Below are positions 6,419 through 16,019 of a DNA stretch of 64,000 nucleotides, piece by piece; the stretch's first letter is position 1; each line of letters starts with the position of its first letter. The notes under the pieces are model-generated. The model ran no database searches and was not told the origin of the DNA. It saw nothing but the letters and a program-made list of their open reading frames with translations. The stretch comes from Phycisphaerales bacterium UBA1924 (GTDB lineage Bacteria > Planctomycetota > Phycisphaerae > Phycisphaerales > UBA1924). Made by a program: the position numbers and the translations under genes. The stretch covers positions 3,317 through 67,316 of the forward strand of contig CAXREY010000038.1 in NCBI GenBank assembly GCA_964229845.1, in the 5' to 3' direction.

Positions 6419-8077
6419 GTGTCTGGACCTGATCAGAACTCGGATGATGGCTCGCTGGGGCGGGATACGCGGACGGTGGCGGGGTTGACGCTCGTGTCGC
6501 GGGTGCTGGGGCTGGTGCGGGATCTGGTGACGGTGCGGGTGTTCGGGGATACGTTCGTGGGCTCGGCGTTCGCGGCGGCGTTTGCGGTGCCGAACATGTT
6601 CCGGCGGTTGTTTGGGGAGGGGGCGCTGTCGGCGGCGTTTCTGCCGGAGTACACGCGGCTGGCGGACGGGGACCCGGAGAAGGCGGACGCGTTTGCGTCG
6701 CTGACGATCGGGTTGCTGGCGCTGGCGACTGGTGTGCTGACGATTGTGATTGAGCTGGCGCTGCTGGGGATCGTGCTGGCTTCGGGGGATGACCCGGAGC
6801 GGGCGTACTCGCTGAAGCTGGTGATGGTGATGCTGCCGTTCATGCCGCTGATTTGCGTGGCGGCGATCCTGGGCGGGATGCTGCAGAGCCATGGGCGGTT
6901 CGGGCCGTGGGCGGCGGCGCCGATCCTGCTGAACCTGTGCATCATTGGTGCGGCGCTGCCGTACTTTGTGGTGGAGGGTGCGGATGCGGCGGCGTGGGCG
7001 TACCCGATCGGGATCGCGGCGGTGTGCTCGGCGGTGCTGCAGGTGGGGTGGAGCGTGTGGGCGCTGCGTGGGACGGTTCGATGGACGACGGGTGTGAGCG
7101 CGGCGCGGGGCGAGGCGCGGCTGATGCTGGTGCGGATGCTGCCGGTGATCGTGGGGCTGGGGACGCTGCAACTCAATGCGTTCATGGACACGCTGATCGC
7201 GATGTATCCCAACTGGGTGGGGGATACGGTGTTCGGGTACGACTATCCGCTGGACGAGTCGTCGAACGCGGTGCTGTTTTATGCGCAGCGGTTGTACCAG
7301 TTCCCGCTGGGGGTGTTCGGGATCGCGGTGGCGACGGCGGCGTTCCCGGCGTTGTCGCGGGTCGCGGGCGATGCGGGTGCGTTCGGGGATATGCTGCGCC
7401 GGGGCATGCGGCTGAGTCTGTTTATTGGCGTGCCGGCGAGCGTGGGGCTGCTGGTGGTTGGTGAGGATCTGGTGCGGGTGCTGTACTCGGGGCCGGGCGA
7501 CGGGTTCAGCGATGAGGGCGTGCGCCGGGCGAGCGCGGTGCTGAGCGGGTACGCGGTGGCGGTGTGGGCGTACTCGCTGAATCAGCTGCTGACGCGGGCG
7601 TTTTATGCGAAGGGTGATACGAAGACGCCGATGACGATCGCGCTGGGGATGGTGGGGGTGAACCTGGCGCTGAACTTCGCGTTGATCTGGTGGCTGCGCG
7701 AGGCGGGGCTGGCGTGGTCGACGGCGGTGTGCGCGATCGGTCAGATGGGGCTGCTGATGCTGGCGTCACGGCGGAGGATGGGGATCGGGTTCGCGGGGAT
7801 GGGTGGCGCGGTGCTGGCGGTGGTGCTGGGATCTGCGCTGATGGGCGGGTGCGTGTATATGGTGGGGCGGCTTGTCGGGGGTGGTTGGGCCGATGGTGCT
7901 GACGGATCGTGGGGGCGTGGGCTGCTGGCGGTGGGGGCGATGACGCTGACGGGTGCAGTGGTGTATGGGCTCTGGTCGATATGGATGAAGATGGATGAGC
8001 TGGGCTGGCTGATCGCGAAGTCGACGGCGGCGGCACCCGGTTCCGATGAGGTGCATGAGCATGAGCATGAAGCATGA
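6419..8077 (+). CDS. murJ: Lipid II flippase MurJ (MviN family)
   Basis: N-terminal signature VSRVLGLVRDLVTVRVFGDTFVGSAFAAAFAVPNMFRRLFGEGALSAAFLPEY and about 14 hydrophobic helices over 552 aa. Confidence 0.9.
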   Translation: MSGPDQNSDDGSLGRDTRTVAGLTLVSRVLGLVRDLVTVRVFGDTFVGSAFAAAFAVPNMFRRLFGEGALSAAFLPEYTRLADGDPEKADAFASLTIGLLALATGVLTIVIELALLGIVLASGDDPERAYSLKLVMVMLPFMPLICVAAILGGMLQSHGRFGPWAAAPILLNLCIIGAALPYFVVEGADAAAWAYPIGIAAVCSAVLQVGWSVWALRGTVRWTTGVSAARGEARLMLVRMLPVIVGLGTLQLNAFMDTLIAMYPNWVGDTVFGYDYPLDESSNAVLFYAQRLYQFPLGVFGIAVATAAFPALSRVAGDAGAFGDMLRRGMRLSLFIGVPASVGLLVVGEDLVRVLYSGPGDGFSDEGVRRASAVLSGYAVAVWAYSLNQLLTRAFYAKGDTKTPMTIALGMVGVNLALNFALIWWLREAGLAWSTAVCAIGQMGLLMLASRRRMGIGFAGMGGAVLAVVLGSALMGGCVYMVGRLVGGGWADGADGSWGRGLLAVGAMTLTGAVVYGLWSIWMKMDELGWLIAKSTAAAPGSDEVHEHEHEA

Positions 8078-8225
8078 ACGCAAGACGGCGAGGGTCCTTG
8101 TTCTGGTCGCGGCTGTTGCGGCGACTGTGTGTACGCTCGGGTTGAGCGCTTGCAACACGGTGAGCGGCGTGGGCAAGGACCTGCAGGAAGCGAGCGACAA
8201 CGTCAAGGATGCGATCGAGAACTGA
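8067..8225 (+). CDS. Entericidin EcnA/B-family small lipoprotein (52 aa; absent from the ORF track because it is under 60 aa)
   Basis: My translation: MKHERKTARVLVLVAAVAATVCTLGLSACNTVSGVGKDLQEASDNVKDAIEN. It has a lipobox LSAC and a CNTxxGxGxD core like E. coli EcnA/EcnB. In-frame ATGs also occur at 8055 and 8061. Confidence 0.7.
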   Translation: MKHERKTARVLVLVAAVAATVCTLGLSACNTVSGVGKDLQEASDNVKDAIEN

Positions 8226-8234
8226 TCGGCCCTG

Positions 8235-9065
8235 ATGATTGACCTACGCAGCAGGCCGGTGGTGATCACGGGCGCCTCGAGCGGGATCGGGGCGGCGACG
8301 GCTGTCGCGTGCGCTCGGGCGGGTATGCCTGTTGGTTTGTTCGCGCGGCGTGAGGAGAAGCTGGCGGCGGTCCGGGAGCGGATCGAGCGTGACGGCGGGC
8401 GGGCGATCGTCGTGGTTGGGGATGTTGCGGACGCGGAGGCGAACCTGGAGCTGATCGCGAGGGCTGAGGAGGCGTTCGGTGATCTGTACGCCGCGGTGGC
8501 GAACGCGGGGTACGGTGCGGAGGTCGAGTGCGCGACGATGTCGATCGAGGACATCCGGGCGATGTTCGAGGTGAACTTTTTCGGCTCGATGTTTTTGGTG
8601 CAGCCGGCGGTTGCGAAGTTCCGTGAGCGGGGGGCGGGGCACGCGATGATGGTGTCGAGCTGCCTGAGCAAGCTCGGGCTGCCCCGGTATGGGGCGTACA
8701 GCGCGAGCAAGGCGATGCAGGATCACTTCTGCCGTGCGATGCGGCATGAGCTGCGTGGGACTGGTGTGTTTGTGAGCAGCGTGCACCCGGTGGGGACGAA
8801 GACGGAGTTCTTTGACGAGGCGGCGAAGAAGAGCAGGGGCGGGAAGCTGAGTCTGGCGGGGAGCGGGGATCGGTTTATGCAGACATCGGAGCAGGTGGCG
8901 GGCGCGATGGTGAAGTGTTTTCGGAAGCCGCGTGGTGAGGTTTGGCCGAGCCCGTTGGCTCGGTTCGGGTTTGGTCTGAGCGTGATGCTGCCGGGGTTGA
9001 CGGATTGGGCTTTGGGGCGGCGGGTGGAGAAGAGGGGGGGAGAGGCAATGGGCAATGGGCAATAG
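8235..9065 (+). CDS. Short-chain dehydrogenase/reductase (SDR) family oxidoreductase
   Basis: Cofactor motif ITGASSGIGAA and catalytic YSASK. The stop codon TAG at 9063 lies inside the heptamer repeat. Confidence 0.85.
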   Translation: MIDLRSRPVVITGASSGIGAATAVACARAGMPVGLFARREEKLAAVRERIERDGGRAIVVVGDVADAEANLELIARAEEAFGDLYAAVANAGYGAEVECATMSIEDIRAMFEVNFFGSMFLVQPAVAKFRERGAGHAMMVSSCLSKLGLPRYGAYSASKAMQDHFCRAMRHELRGTGVFVSSVHPVGTKTEFFDEAAKKSRGGKLSLAGSGDRFMQTSEQVAGAMVKCFRKPRGEVWPSPLARFGFGLSVMLPGLTDWALGRRVEKRGGEAMGNGQ

Positions 9066-9085
9066 GCAATGGGCAATGGGCAATG
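9044..9085. repeat. Heptanucleotide tandem repeat, 6 x GGCAATG (third copy GGCAATA)
   Basis: Read directly: ggcaatg ggcaatg ggcaata ggcaatg ggcaatg ggcaatg. Confidence 0.9.
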
Positions 9086-9119
9086 GGGAAGAGGGGATGG
9101 TGTGCCGGGGTGGATGGTT

Positions 9120-9155
9120 CCTGCTACGCCCTCTGGGTCGAAGCAGGGCACCCGG
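9120..9155 (+). repeat. Family 2 element: hairpin plus GCACCCGG tail (diverged)
   Basis: CCTGCT-acgccctctgggtcga-AGCAGG, then GCACCCGG. Confidence 0.55.
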
Positions 9156-9165
9156 TGTTTGCGTG

Positions 9166-9597
9166 CTAGCTGAGGCGGGTGATGAGGTTGTCGATGGCGG
9201 TTTGCCAGGCCTCGAAGTACTCGGTGTCTTTCCAGAGCTCGCGGAGTTCGGATTGGTGGTCGTCGCGGACCTTGAGCAGGGCCTGCTTGGCGCGGTCGAG
9301 CATTTCGGGCTCGGGGCGGTTGGCGTTGAGTGAGGCGAGCCATTTTTCGAGTTCTTCGGGTGGGTCGGTTGGTGGGTTGCCCTGGGCGGCGGCGAGGCAT
9401 TCGGCGGCGGCGATGGCTTCCTCGCCCTCTGGGGCGTCGATGTAGAGGTCGGACTTGAGGAGCTTGTCGATGGCGGACATGGGGTAGGCGAAGGGCTTCT
9501 TTGCTTTGCCGAGGAGCGACTTCTTTGCGGGCTTGAGGCCCCAGATCCAATCGCTGGCGGTGTCGTTCTCGAAGCTGTTGTGTCCCCATGCGCCCAT
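9166..9597 (-). CDS. DUF4259-like protein
   Basis: Start taken at the internal Met giving MGAWGHNSFENDTASDW, the characteristic N-terminus of that family as I recall it. The upstream part of ORF 9166..9669 runs into REP copy E. Confidence 0.6.
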   Translation of the reverse strand: MGAWGHNSFENDTASDWIWGLKPAKKSLLGKAKKPFAYPMSAIDKLLKSDLYIDAPEGEEAIAAAECLAAAQGNPPTDPPEELEKWLASLNANRPEPEMLDRAKQALLKVRDDHQSELRELWKDTEYFEAWQTAIDNLITRLS

Positions 9598-9653
9598 GTG
9601 TGGTCTCCTTCTTTCGCTCAGAGCATGATAACCGATAGGCATCGTCCTTGGGT

Positions 9654-9706
9654 ACACCCCCTCCGTCACGCTGCGCGTGACACCTCCCCCGCACGCGCGG
9701 GGGAGG
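9654..9706 (+). repeat. REP-like element, family 1, copy E (forward)
   Basis: ACACCCCCTCC, then GTCACGC-tgc-GCGTGAC, then ACCTCCCCC-gcacgcgc-GGGGGAGG. Confidence 0.75.
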
Positions 9707-9713
9707 CGGGGGG

Positions 9714-10097
9714 TTATGCTTCGTGTGTGAGGCGTTCGAGGAGCTTGGCGGTGAGGAGCTCAACGCGTTTGACTTCGCGGGTGACGGCGATGCGTTGCAT
9801 CTCCATCCAGAACCACATTTTGAGCATCGCGACGGCGAGCATGCAGAAGCTGAAGGCGAAGCCCCACGCGAGCAGGTGCTTGGTCTCGGATGCGCCGAAG
9901 AATCGCACGGCGCACCACACGGCGAGCCCGAAGAACACGAAGGTGTAGACGAAGGCGAGCGCGGTGAGGAACTTGTTGCGGGTTTTGAATGTGGCGAGCA
10001 TGAGCTGGTCTGCGCGGAGCCCTTCGTCGGGCGTGCCGATGAGTGCGCGGTCGTCGGGGGTGAGGGCGTCTCGGATCTGTTTGTCGAGGTTGTCCAT
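9714..10097 (-). CDS. Small two-TM protein immediately downstream of the ECF sigma gene (candidate anti-sigma or partner)
   Basis: MDNLDKQIRDALTPDD... with helices FLTALAFVYTFVFFGLAVWCAVRFF and LLAWGFAFSFCMLAVAMLKMWFWM. Only a 2-nt gap separates it from the sigma gene stop. Confidence 0.6.
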   Translation of the reverse strand: MDNLDKQIRDALTPDDRALIGTPDEGLRADQLMLATFKTRNKFLTALAFVYTFVFFGLAVWCAVRFFGASETKHLLAWGFAFSFCMLAVAMLKMWFWMEMQRIAVTREVKRVELLTAKLLERLTHEA

Positions 10098-10099
10098 TG

Positions 10100-10642
10100 C
10101 TAAATCCTTTCGTTGGTTTCGATGGTTGTGCGGAGGATGTTGCGCGCCTTGCGGAGGCGTGACTTCGCGGTGCCGGTGGGGATGGCGAGTGCTGCGGCGG
10201 CCTGCTGGGTCGTGCAGCGGTCCATGTAGATGAGGATGACGATGTCGCGGAGCTTGGGCTCGAGCGTGAGGATCGCTTGTCGCAGCTCGTCGGCTCCGGT
10301 GGATTCCGGTGCGCTCGCGTTGGGTGCTGGTCGGTGATTTGCGGCATGCTCGCGTTGTTGGATCTGGGCCTTGATCCAGTCGCGGGCGGTGTTGGTGAGG
10401 ATTGAGGTTGCCCACGCGTGGAAGCGGGCGGGGTCGCGGAGTTTGCGGATGCTGCGGGCGATGGCGACCCAGGTGTCCTGGGCGATGTCCGCGGCGGCTT
10501 CGGGGCTTTGGGTGAGTGCCGCGGCTCGGCGGGTGAGGGTTGGGTTGTATTGGTGGGCAAGCTGTGCGAGTGCTTCGGGGTTGCCCGACTGGGCCTCGAG
10601 CACGAGCAGCTCGATCTCGATGGCTTTGCGGGGGGTGTTCAT
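10100..10642 (-). CDS. ECF (sigma-70 family, group IV) RNA polymerase sigma factor
   Basis: Region 2-like AADIAQDTWVAIARSIRKLRDPARFHAWATSILTN and region 4 helix-turn-helix TTQQAAAALAIPTGTAKSRLRKARNIL. Confidence 0.85.
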   Translation of the reverse strand: MNTPRKAIEIELLVLEAQSGNPEALAQLAHQYNPTLTRRAAALTQSPEAAADIAQDTWVAIARSIRKLRDPARFHAWATSILTNTARDWIKAQIQQREHAANHRPAPNASAPESTGADELRQAILTLEPKLRDIVILIYMDRCTTQQAAAALAIPTGTAKSRLRKARNILRTTIETNERI

Positions 10643-10691
10643 TGCACCTCTATGGTCTCCGATTTGGGGGTGCTGGATTTTGGTCTTTGCG

Positions 10692-10718
10692 AAAAAAAGC
10701 CGCGTCGTGGGACGCGGC
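10692..10718 (-). terminator. Rho-independent terminator of pckA
   Basis: On the minus strand: AGCCGCGTC-ccac-GACGCGGCT followed by TTTTTTT, about 25 nt after the pckA stop. Confidence 0.75.
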
Positions 10719-10744
10719 TTTGGGGTGGCTCGGGTTGAGTTGGG

Positions 10745-12340
<1,596 letters not shown>

Positions 12341-12587
12341 GTAAACGGCTCCTGTTTCGTCCCTCTGGTCCGTCGCTGAGGTTCGATGGGTCGGTGCTGG
12401 GCGAACCCGCGTGAATGCCTCAAGGACGCGGGGTTCTGCCCGATGAGACAGGTGGGAATCGTAGACCGATTCGGGGGAAATGTTGATAATTCTGGGGGTT
12501 GGGGCGCAGACATTGAGCGTGCTTCGGTGCTATATTTTTGTCTGGGCAACTGCGAAAGTATTTGCCGAGCACATTGTGCACTCAGAT

Positions 12588-12661
12588 GGTGGCCGTAGTT
12601 CAGTTGGTAGAGCACCTGGTTGTGGTCCAGGACGTCGCGGGTTCGAGTCCCGTCGGTCACC
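12588..12661 (+). tRNA. tRNA-His (anticodon GTG) with encoded G-1; no encoded CCA
   Basis: Hand-folded cloverleaf: G-1 plus acceptor GTGGCCG/CGGTCAC; D arm GTTC-agttggta-GAGC; anticodon arm CCTGG-ttGTGgt-CCAGG; T arm GCGGG-ttcgagt-CCCGT; discriminator C. Confidence 0.9.
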
Positions 12662-12671
12662 CTTGCGAGAG

Positions 12672-12700
12672 AAGCGACCCGTTTGCGGGTCGCTTTTTTC
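12672..12700 (+). terminator. Rho-independent terminator after tRNA-His
   Basis: AAGCGACCCG-tttg-CGGGTCGCTT followed by a TTTT run. Confidence 0.8.
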
Positions 12701-12709
12701 TTTGTGTGG

Positions 12710-14629
12710 TTATGCGGCCGCACGAGTGACGCTGCTCCCGTTGCGCTCGCTGATGAGTCTCGCGCAGGTGTTGATGAGCGCGGACCGTGAGACGGGCTTG
12801 GTGAGGTACTCGTCGCATCCTGCCTCGAGGCAGTGCTCTCGGTCGCCGTCGAGCGCGTGGGCGGTGATGGCGATGATGGGGGCCTGGAATCCCGACTCGC
12901 GGAGCTGCTTGGTGGCGTTGTAGCCGTCGAGCACGGGCATCTGCATGTCCATGAGGATGATGTGGTAGGGCTCGTTCTCCCTGCCGGCGGCGTTGATCTG
13001 TTCGATGGCCTGCTGGCCGTCGTACGCGAAATCGGTGCGTGCCCCGGTGCGCTTGAGGAAGTGCTGGAGGAGCACGCGGTTGTCTTTGGAGTCGTCGACG
13101 ACGAGAATGCGTGCTGCTTCGAGCGTGTCCGGGGATGGTGGTGTGGCGGTGGCGGCGGCCTGTGGGGTGTTCTGTGTGGTTGGGATCCGGGGTGAGCTGA
13201 GTCGGACGGTGAATGTCGAGCCCTTGCCCGGGGTTGAGCTGACCTCGATGCGGCCGTCGAGCGTGTGGGCGAGGTCCTGGGCGAACGAGAGCCCGAGGCC
13301 TGAGCCGCCGAACTCGCGTGTGAGGTTGTCCTGGGCCTGGTGGAACGCGTCGAAGATGTGTTCGAGCTGGTCGGGGTTGATGCCGATGCCCGTGTCCTCG
13401 ATCTCGATGACGAGCTCGTCGTCGAGGTTGTGCTGCTTGACGTGTGCGCGGATCTCGATGTGCCCCTGCTGCGTGAACTTGATGGCGTTGTCGACGAGCT
13501 TGTCGATGATCTGCGCGAGTCGGCGTGGTTCGGTGACGATCTGCGTGCTGCACGACTCGTCGATCCGGGTGCGGAGCTCGAGCCCGCTGGCGATGGCGTC
13601 GGTCTGTGCCCGGTCGATGCAGGGCATGAGCACTTCGCTGGGGATCGCGGGGGTTGGCGTGACGCGGAGCTGGCCGGACTCGATCGCGGACATGTCGAGC
13701 ATGGTCTCGATGAGCGATTCGAGCTGTCGTGCGGATTCGTGGATCGATCCTGAGAGTCGTTCGCGTTCCGGCGGTGTGAGGGATTTGTCCTCGAGGAGCT
13801 CGGCGAAGCCGAGGATGGCGTTCATGGGCGTGCGGAACTCGTGCCCCATGTTGGTGAGGAGTCTCCAGCGGACGCTGGCGGCCTTCCGTTCGCGGCGGGT
13901 TGCGAGGTCGAGCTCGCGCAGCTGACGCCGGACGATGAGGATGGTTGGTTCGATGATGAAGAGGACCATGGCGCCGAGGAGGACGGCGAGGACGAGCAGC
14001 CCGATGCGTGCCTGCTTCGTGGACTCGTTGATCTCCATCCATGATCGCTGCTCGAAGAGCGAGACGATGGTGTCCATCCTCGGGAGGAAGAGCGATTGCG
14101 CCTCGCGAACCTCATCCATGTTCGCGGTGATGCGTGACTTGGTGTTCGAGTTGATGTACGGTGCGCGTCTGATGGAGCTGAGGGTGAGCTCGTGGAGGTC
14201 TTCTGCGGCGCGGATGAGGCGTTCGTACGGGACGACGATGGAGCTGACCTGGTCGATCTCATTGGTGGTGGCGTTGGGGAAGAACTCGCTGGGGGCGCGG
14301 GATCCGAAGAGCGCGTTGTAGCTCCTGCTGAGCGTGTTGGTGGACTCGGTGAGGTCCGTGTGGAGTTCCTCGAGGAGGTCCCACTGCCCGTCGTTGACGG
14401 CGGTGTTGATCTCGAACGCGGTCGAGCGGATGCGCTGGGAGAGCATGCGCATGCGCGCGGAGTCGTTGATCTTCGTCGCGGACCCGTGATCGAGGACGGA
14501 GGTCATGCGCTGGAGCATGATGAAGTTGATGACCATAATGACCGCGACGCTCACGAGCGTGAGCTTGCGGAAGCGTGCGATGCTGCGTCGCACGCGCTGG
14601 CTGTTGGAGCTGTTCTTGGTCATGGTCAT
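12710..14629 (-). CDS. Hybrid sensor histidine kinase/response regulator with an N-terminal PilJ/NarX-type periplasmic sensor
   Basis: Sensor motif SARMRMLSQRI, H-box HEFRTPMNAILGF, an HATPase region with DTGIGI and GGSGLGLS, and a C-terminal REC with ILVVDDSKDN and IILMDMQMPVLDG...TKP. Confidence 0.9.
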   Translation of the reverse strand: MTMTKNSSNSQRVRRSIARFRKLTLVSVAVIMVINFIMLQRMTSVLDHGSATKINDSARMRMLSQRIRSTAFEINTAVNDGQWDLLEELHTDLTESTNTLSRSYNALFGSRAPSEFFPNATTNEIDQVSSIVVPYERLIRAAEDLHELTLSSIRRAPYINSNTKSRITANMDEVREAQSLFLPRMDTIVSLFEQRSWMEINESTKQARIGLLVLAVLLGAMVLFIIEPTILIVRRQLRELDLATRRERKAASVRWRLLTNMGHEFRTPMNAILGFAELLEDKSLTPPERERLSGSIHESARQLESLIETMLDMSAIESGQLRVTPTPAIPSEVLMPCIDRAQTDAIASGLELRTRIDESCSTQIVTEPRRLAQIIDKLVDNAIKFTQQGHIEIRAHVKQHNLDDELVIEIEDTGIGINPDQLEHIFDAFHQAQDNLTREFGGSGLGLSFAQDLAHTLDGRIEVSSTPGKGSTFTVRLSSPRIPTTQNTPQAAATATPPSPDTLEAARILVVDDSKDNRVLLQHFLKRTGARTDFAYDGQQAIEQINAAGRENEPYHIILMDMQMPVLDGYNATKQLRESGFQAPIIAITAHALDGDREHCLEAGCDEYLTKPVSRSALINTCARLISERNGSSVTRAAA

Positions 14630-14727
14630 CTTCCCCGCGGTGTGGGGATGTCTGTCCTATCGGAGCGATGCGCGCACGGATCGAGCGTGATGCGTTGATT
14701 CCTGCGTGTTGGGCGGGGCGGGCGCGG

Positions 14728-15867
14728 TCATGCGCAGCCGGCGTAGACGGAATCGAGCAGGTTTTTATTGGACGTGAGATCGCCCGAGTCTGCGATGAGG
14801 TCGCAGACCTCGTGTGCCGCACTCTGGAGCGACTTGATCCCGAGCACGGTGGCGAGGTTCCGGATGCTCGCGAGCGTGATGTAGGCCTTGACGGCGTCCG
14901 CGGACTCGCACTGGCTTCGGAGGGTGTCTCCGAGTGTCTTGAGCTGGTCGCGGAGGACGTCGAGGTTCTTGCCGTCGCGGAGCGAGCGGATGTGCTGGAG
15001 CTGCTCGGGTGTCCAGTCCTGTGTGAGGTATTCTGCGAGTGCGCGGAGGAGCTTGATCTCGTCGATGGGGGTCTGGACGAAGAGGTCCGCGTCCGAGTAG
15101 TAGATCTGCTGCTTCTGGACGGACTGTGTCGCGTCGCCGATGAGGACGATCGGGCGGAGGTAGCCGCGCTCGCGGAGCTCGCGTGTGAGCTCCGGGCCGG
15201 TCATCTCGCCTGCGTCCATGGCGATGAGGAGCATGTGGTGCTCGTCGAGGTCGTGGTCGTTGATCTGGGACGCGTTCTCGATGAAGGTGTTGTTGATGTT
15301 GGTGCGCTGGAGGACCTCCTCCGCGTCAGCGCGGAGGGTTGGGCCGATGGCGAGGATGCTGCCGTTGATATCGTTGGGGTTGACGCGTTCGACCGAGAGC
15401 TCGCGTTCGAAGAGGTCGGACTGGATGAACTCCTGTACGCGGATTGGGTGATCGAACTGGACGCCGATCTCGTGGACGACGCCGCCCCGGTGCTCGCATC
15501 GGCGGACCTCGCCGGTGAATGGGTGGGAGGTTCCGTCGAGCTTGGTGATGGTGGAGGAGAGGCGTGTGCCCGGGTAGATGAAGTTGGAGTGGAGGAGTGA
15601 GATGCCCCCGATGGAGATGTTTCGCGTGGCGACCATGATCCGCTTGCGCTGGTTCTGCCCCTTCTCGGAGAGCGTGACTTCGAGGTAGGGCTCCTGGAAC
15701 TCGACCCGGGTGTGGACGCGGTTGGTGCTGATGGGCGTTGCTGGGGTTTGCGTCGCGCCGGAGCGTGCGTTGAGCGTTTTGAGGAGCTGCTGATACACGC
15801 TGGCGTTGACGCCGAGGGAGTTGCGTTTGCAGTGCGTGTCGAGCTTGTTGGAGGTGTTGGCGTTCAT
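14728..15867 (-). CDS. PilZ domain - REC-like domain - HPt-like C-terminal region protein (paralogue 1)
   Basis: PilZ motifs RVHTR and NISIGG. Receiver-like block HMLLIAMDAGEMTG...PIVLIGD. C-terminal helices containing SIRNLATVLGI. Confidence 0.7.
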   Translation of the reverse strand: MNANTSNKLDTHCKRNSLGVNASVYQQLLKTLNARSGATQTPATPISTNRVHTRVEFQEPYLEVTLSEKGQNQRKRIMVATRNISIGGISLLHSNFIYPGTRLSSTITKLDGTSHPFTGEVRRCEHRGGVVHEIGVQFDHPIRVQEFIQSDLFERELSVERVNPNDINGSILAIGPTLRADAEEVLQRTNINNTFIENASQINDHDLDEHHMLLIAMDAGEMTGPELTRELRERGYLRPIVLIGDATQSVQKQQIYYSDADLFVQTPIDEIKLLRALAEYLTQDWTPEQLQHIRSLRDGKNLDVLRDQLKTLGDTLRSQCESADAVKAYITLASIRNLATVLGIKSLQSAAHEVCDLIADSGDLTSNKNLLDSVYAGCA

Positions 15868-16019
15868 GGGTGCCCTTGTTGCGTTGCGTGGGTTGTCATC
15901 GGGCGTTTCTGAGCCACGGGTCGTCCGAGTTCAGCGTGAAGTCTGATCCGGTGCTGTCTGGGTTGGTTTGCTGCGCCTTGGTGCCTGAACTGGTGTGCCG
16001 GTTTGTGTGCTTATGGGTC

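Noticed and set aside
5486-7171. 561-aa minus-strand ORF across the repeat region and murJ.
   Set aside because: The composition is Arg/Pro/His/Gln-rich. It is antisense to the clearly homologous murJ, and it crosses repeat elements.
8074-8145. 23-aa ORF starting at the fourth ATG of the GCATGA repeat (MNARRRGSLFWSRLLRRLCVRSG).
   Set aside because: It is in a different frame from the entericidin-like ORF. It is Arg-rich, has no lipobox and ends after 23 codons. The 52-aa frame has the family motif.
12588-12661. Integrative element at tRNA-His, and likewise at the tRNA at 62288.
   Set aside because: I saw no integrase, no direct repeat of the tRNA 3-prime end nearby, and the flanking genes are ordinary chromosomal genes.
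12657-14042. 461-aa minus-strand ORF in an alternate frame. Similar cases are 16039..17028, 13822..14262 and 14259..14822.
   Set aside because: These are alternate frames of the histidine kinase and PilZ genes. Their composition is Arg/Pro/His-dominated and no motifs are present.
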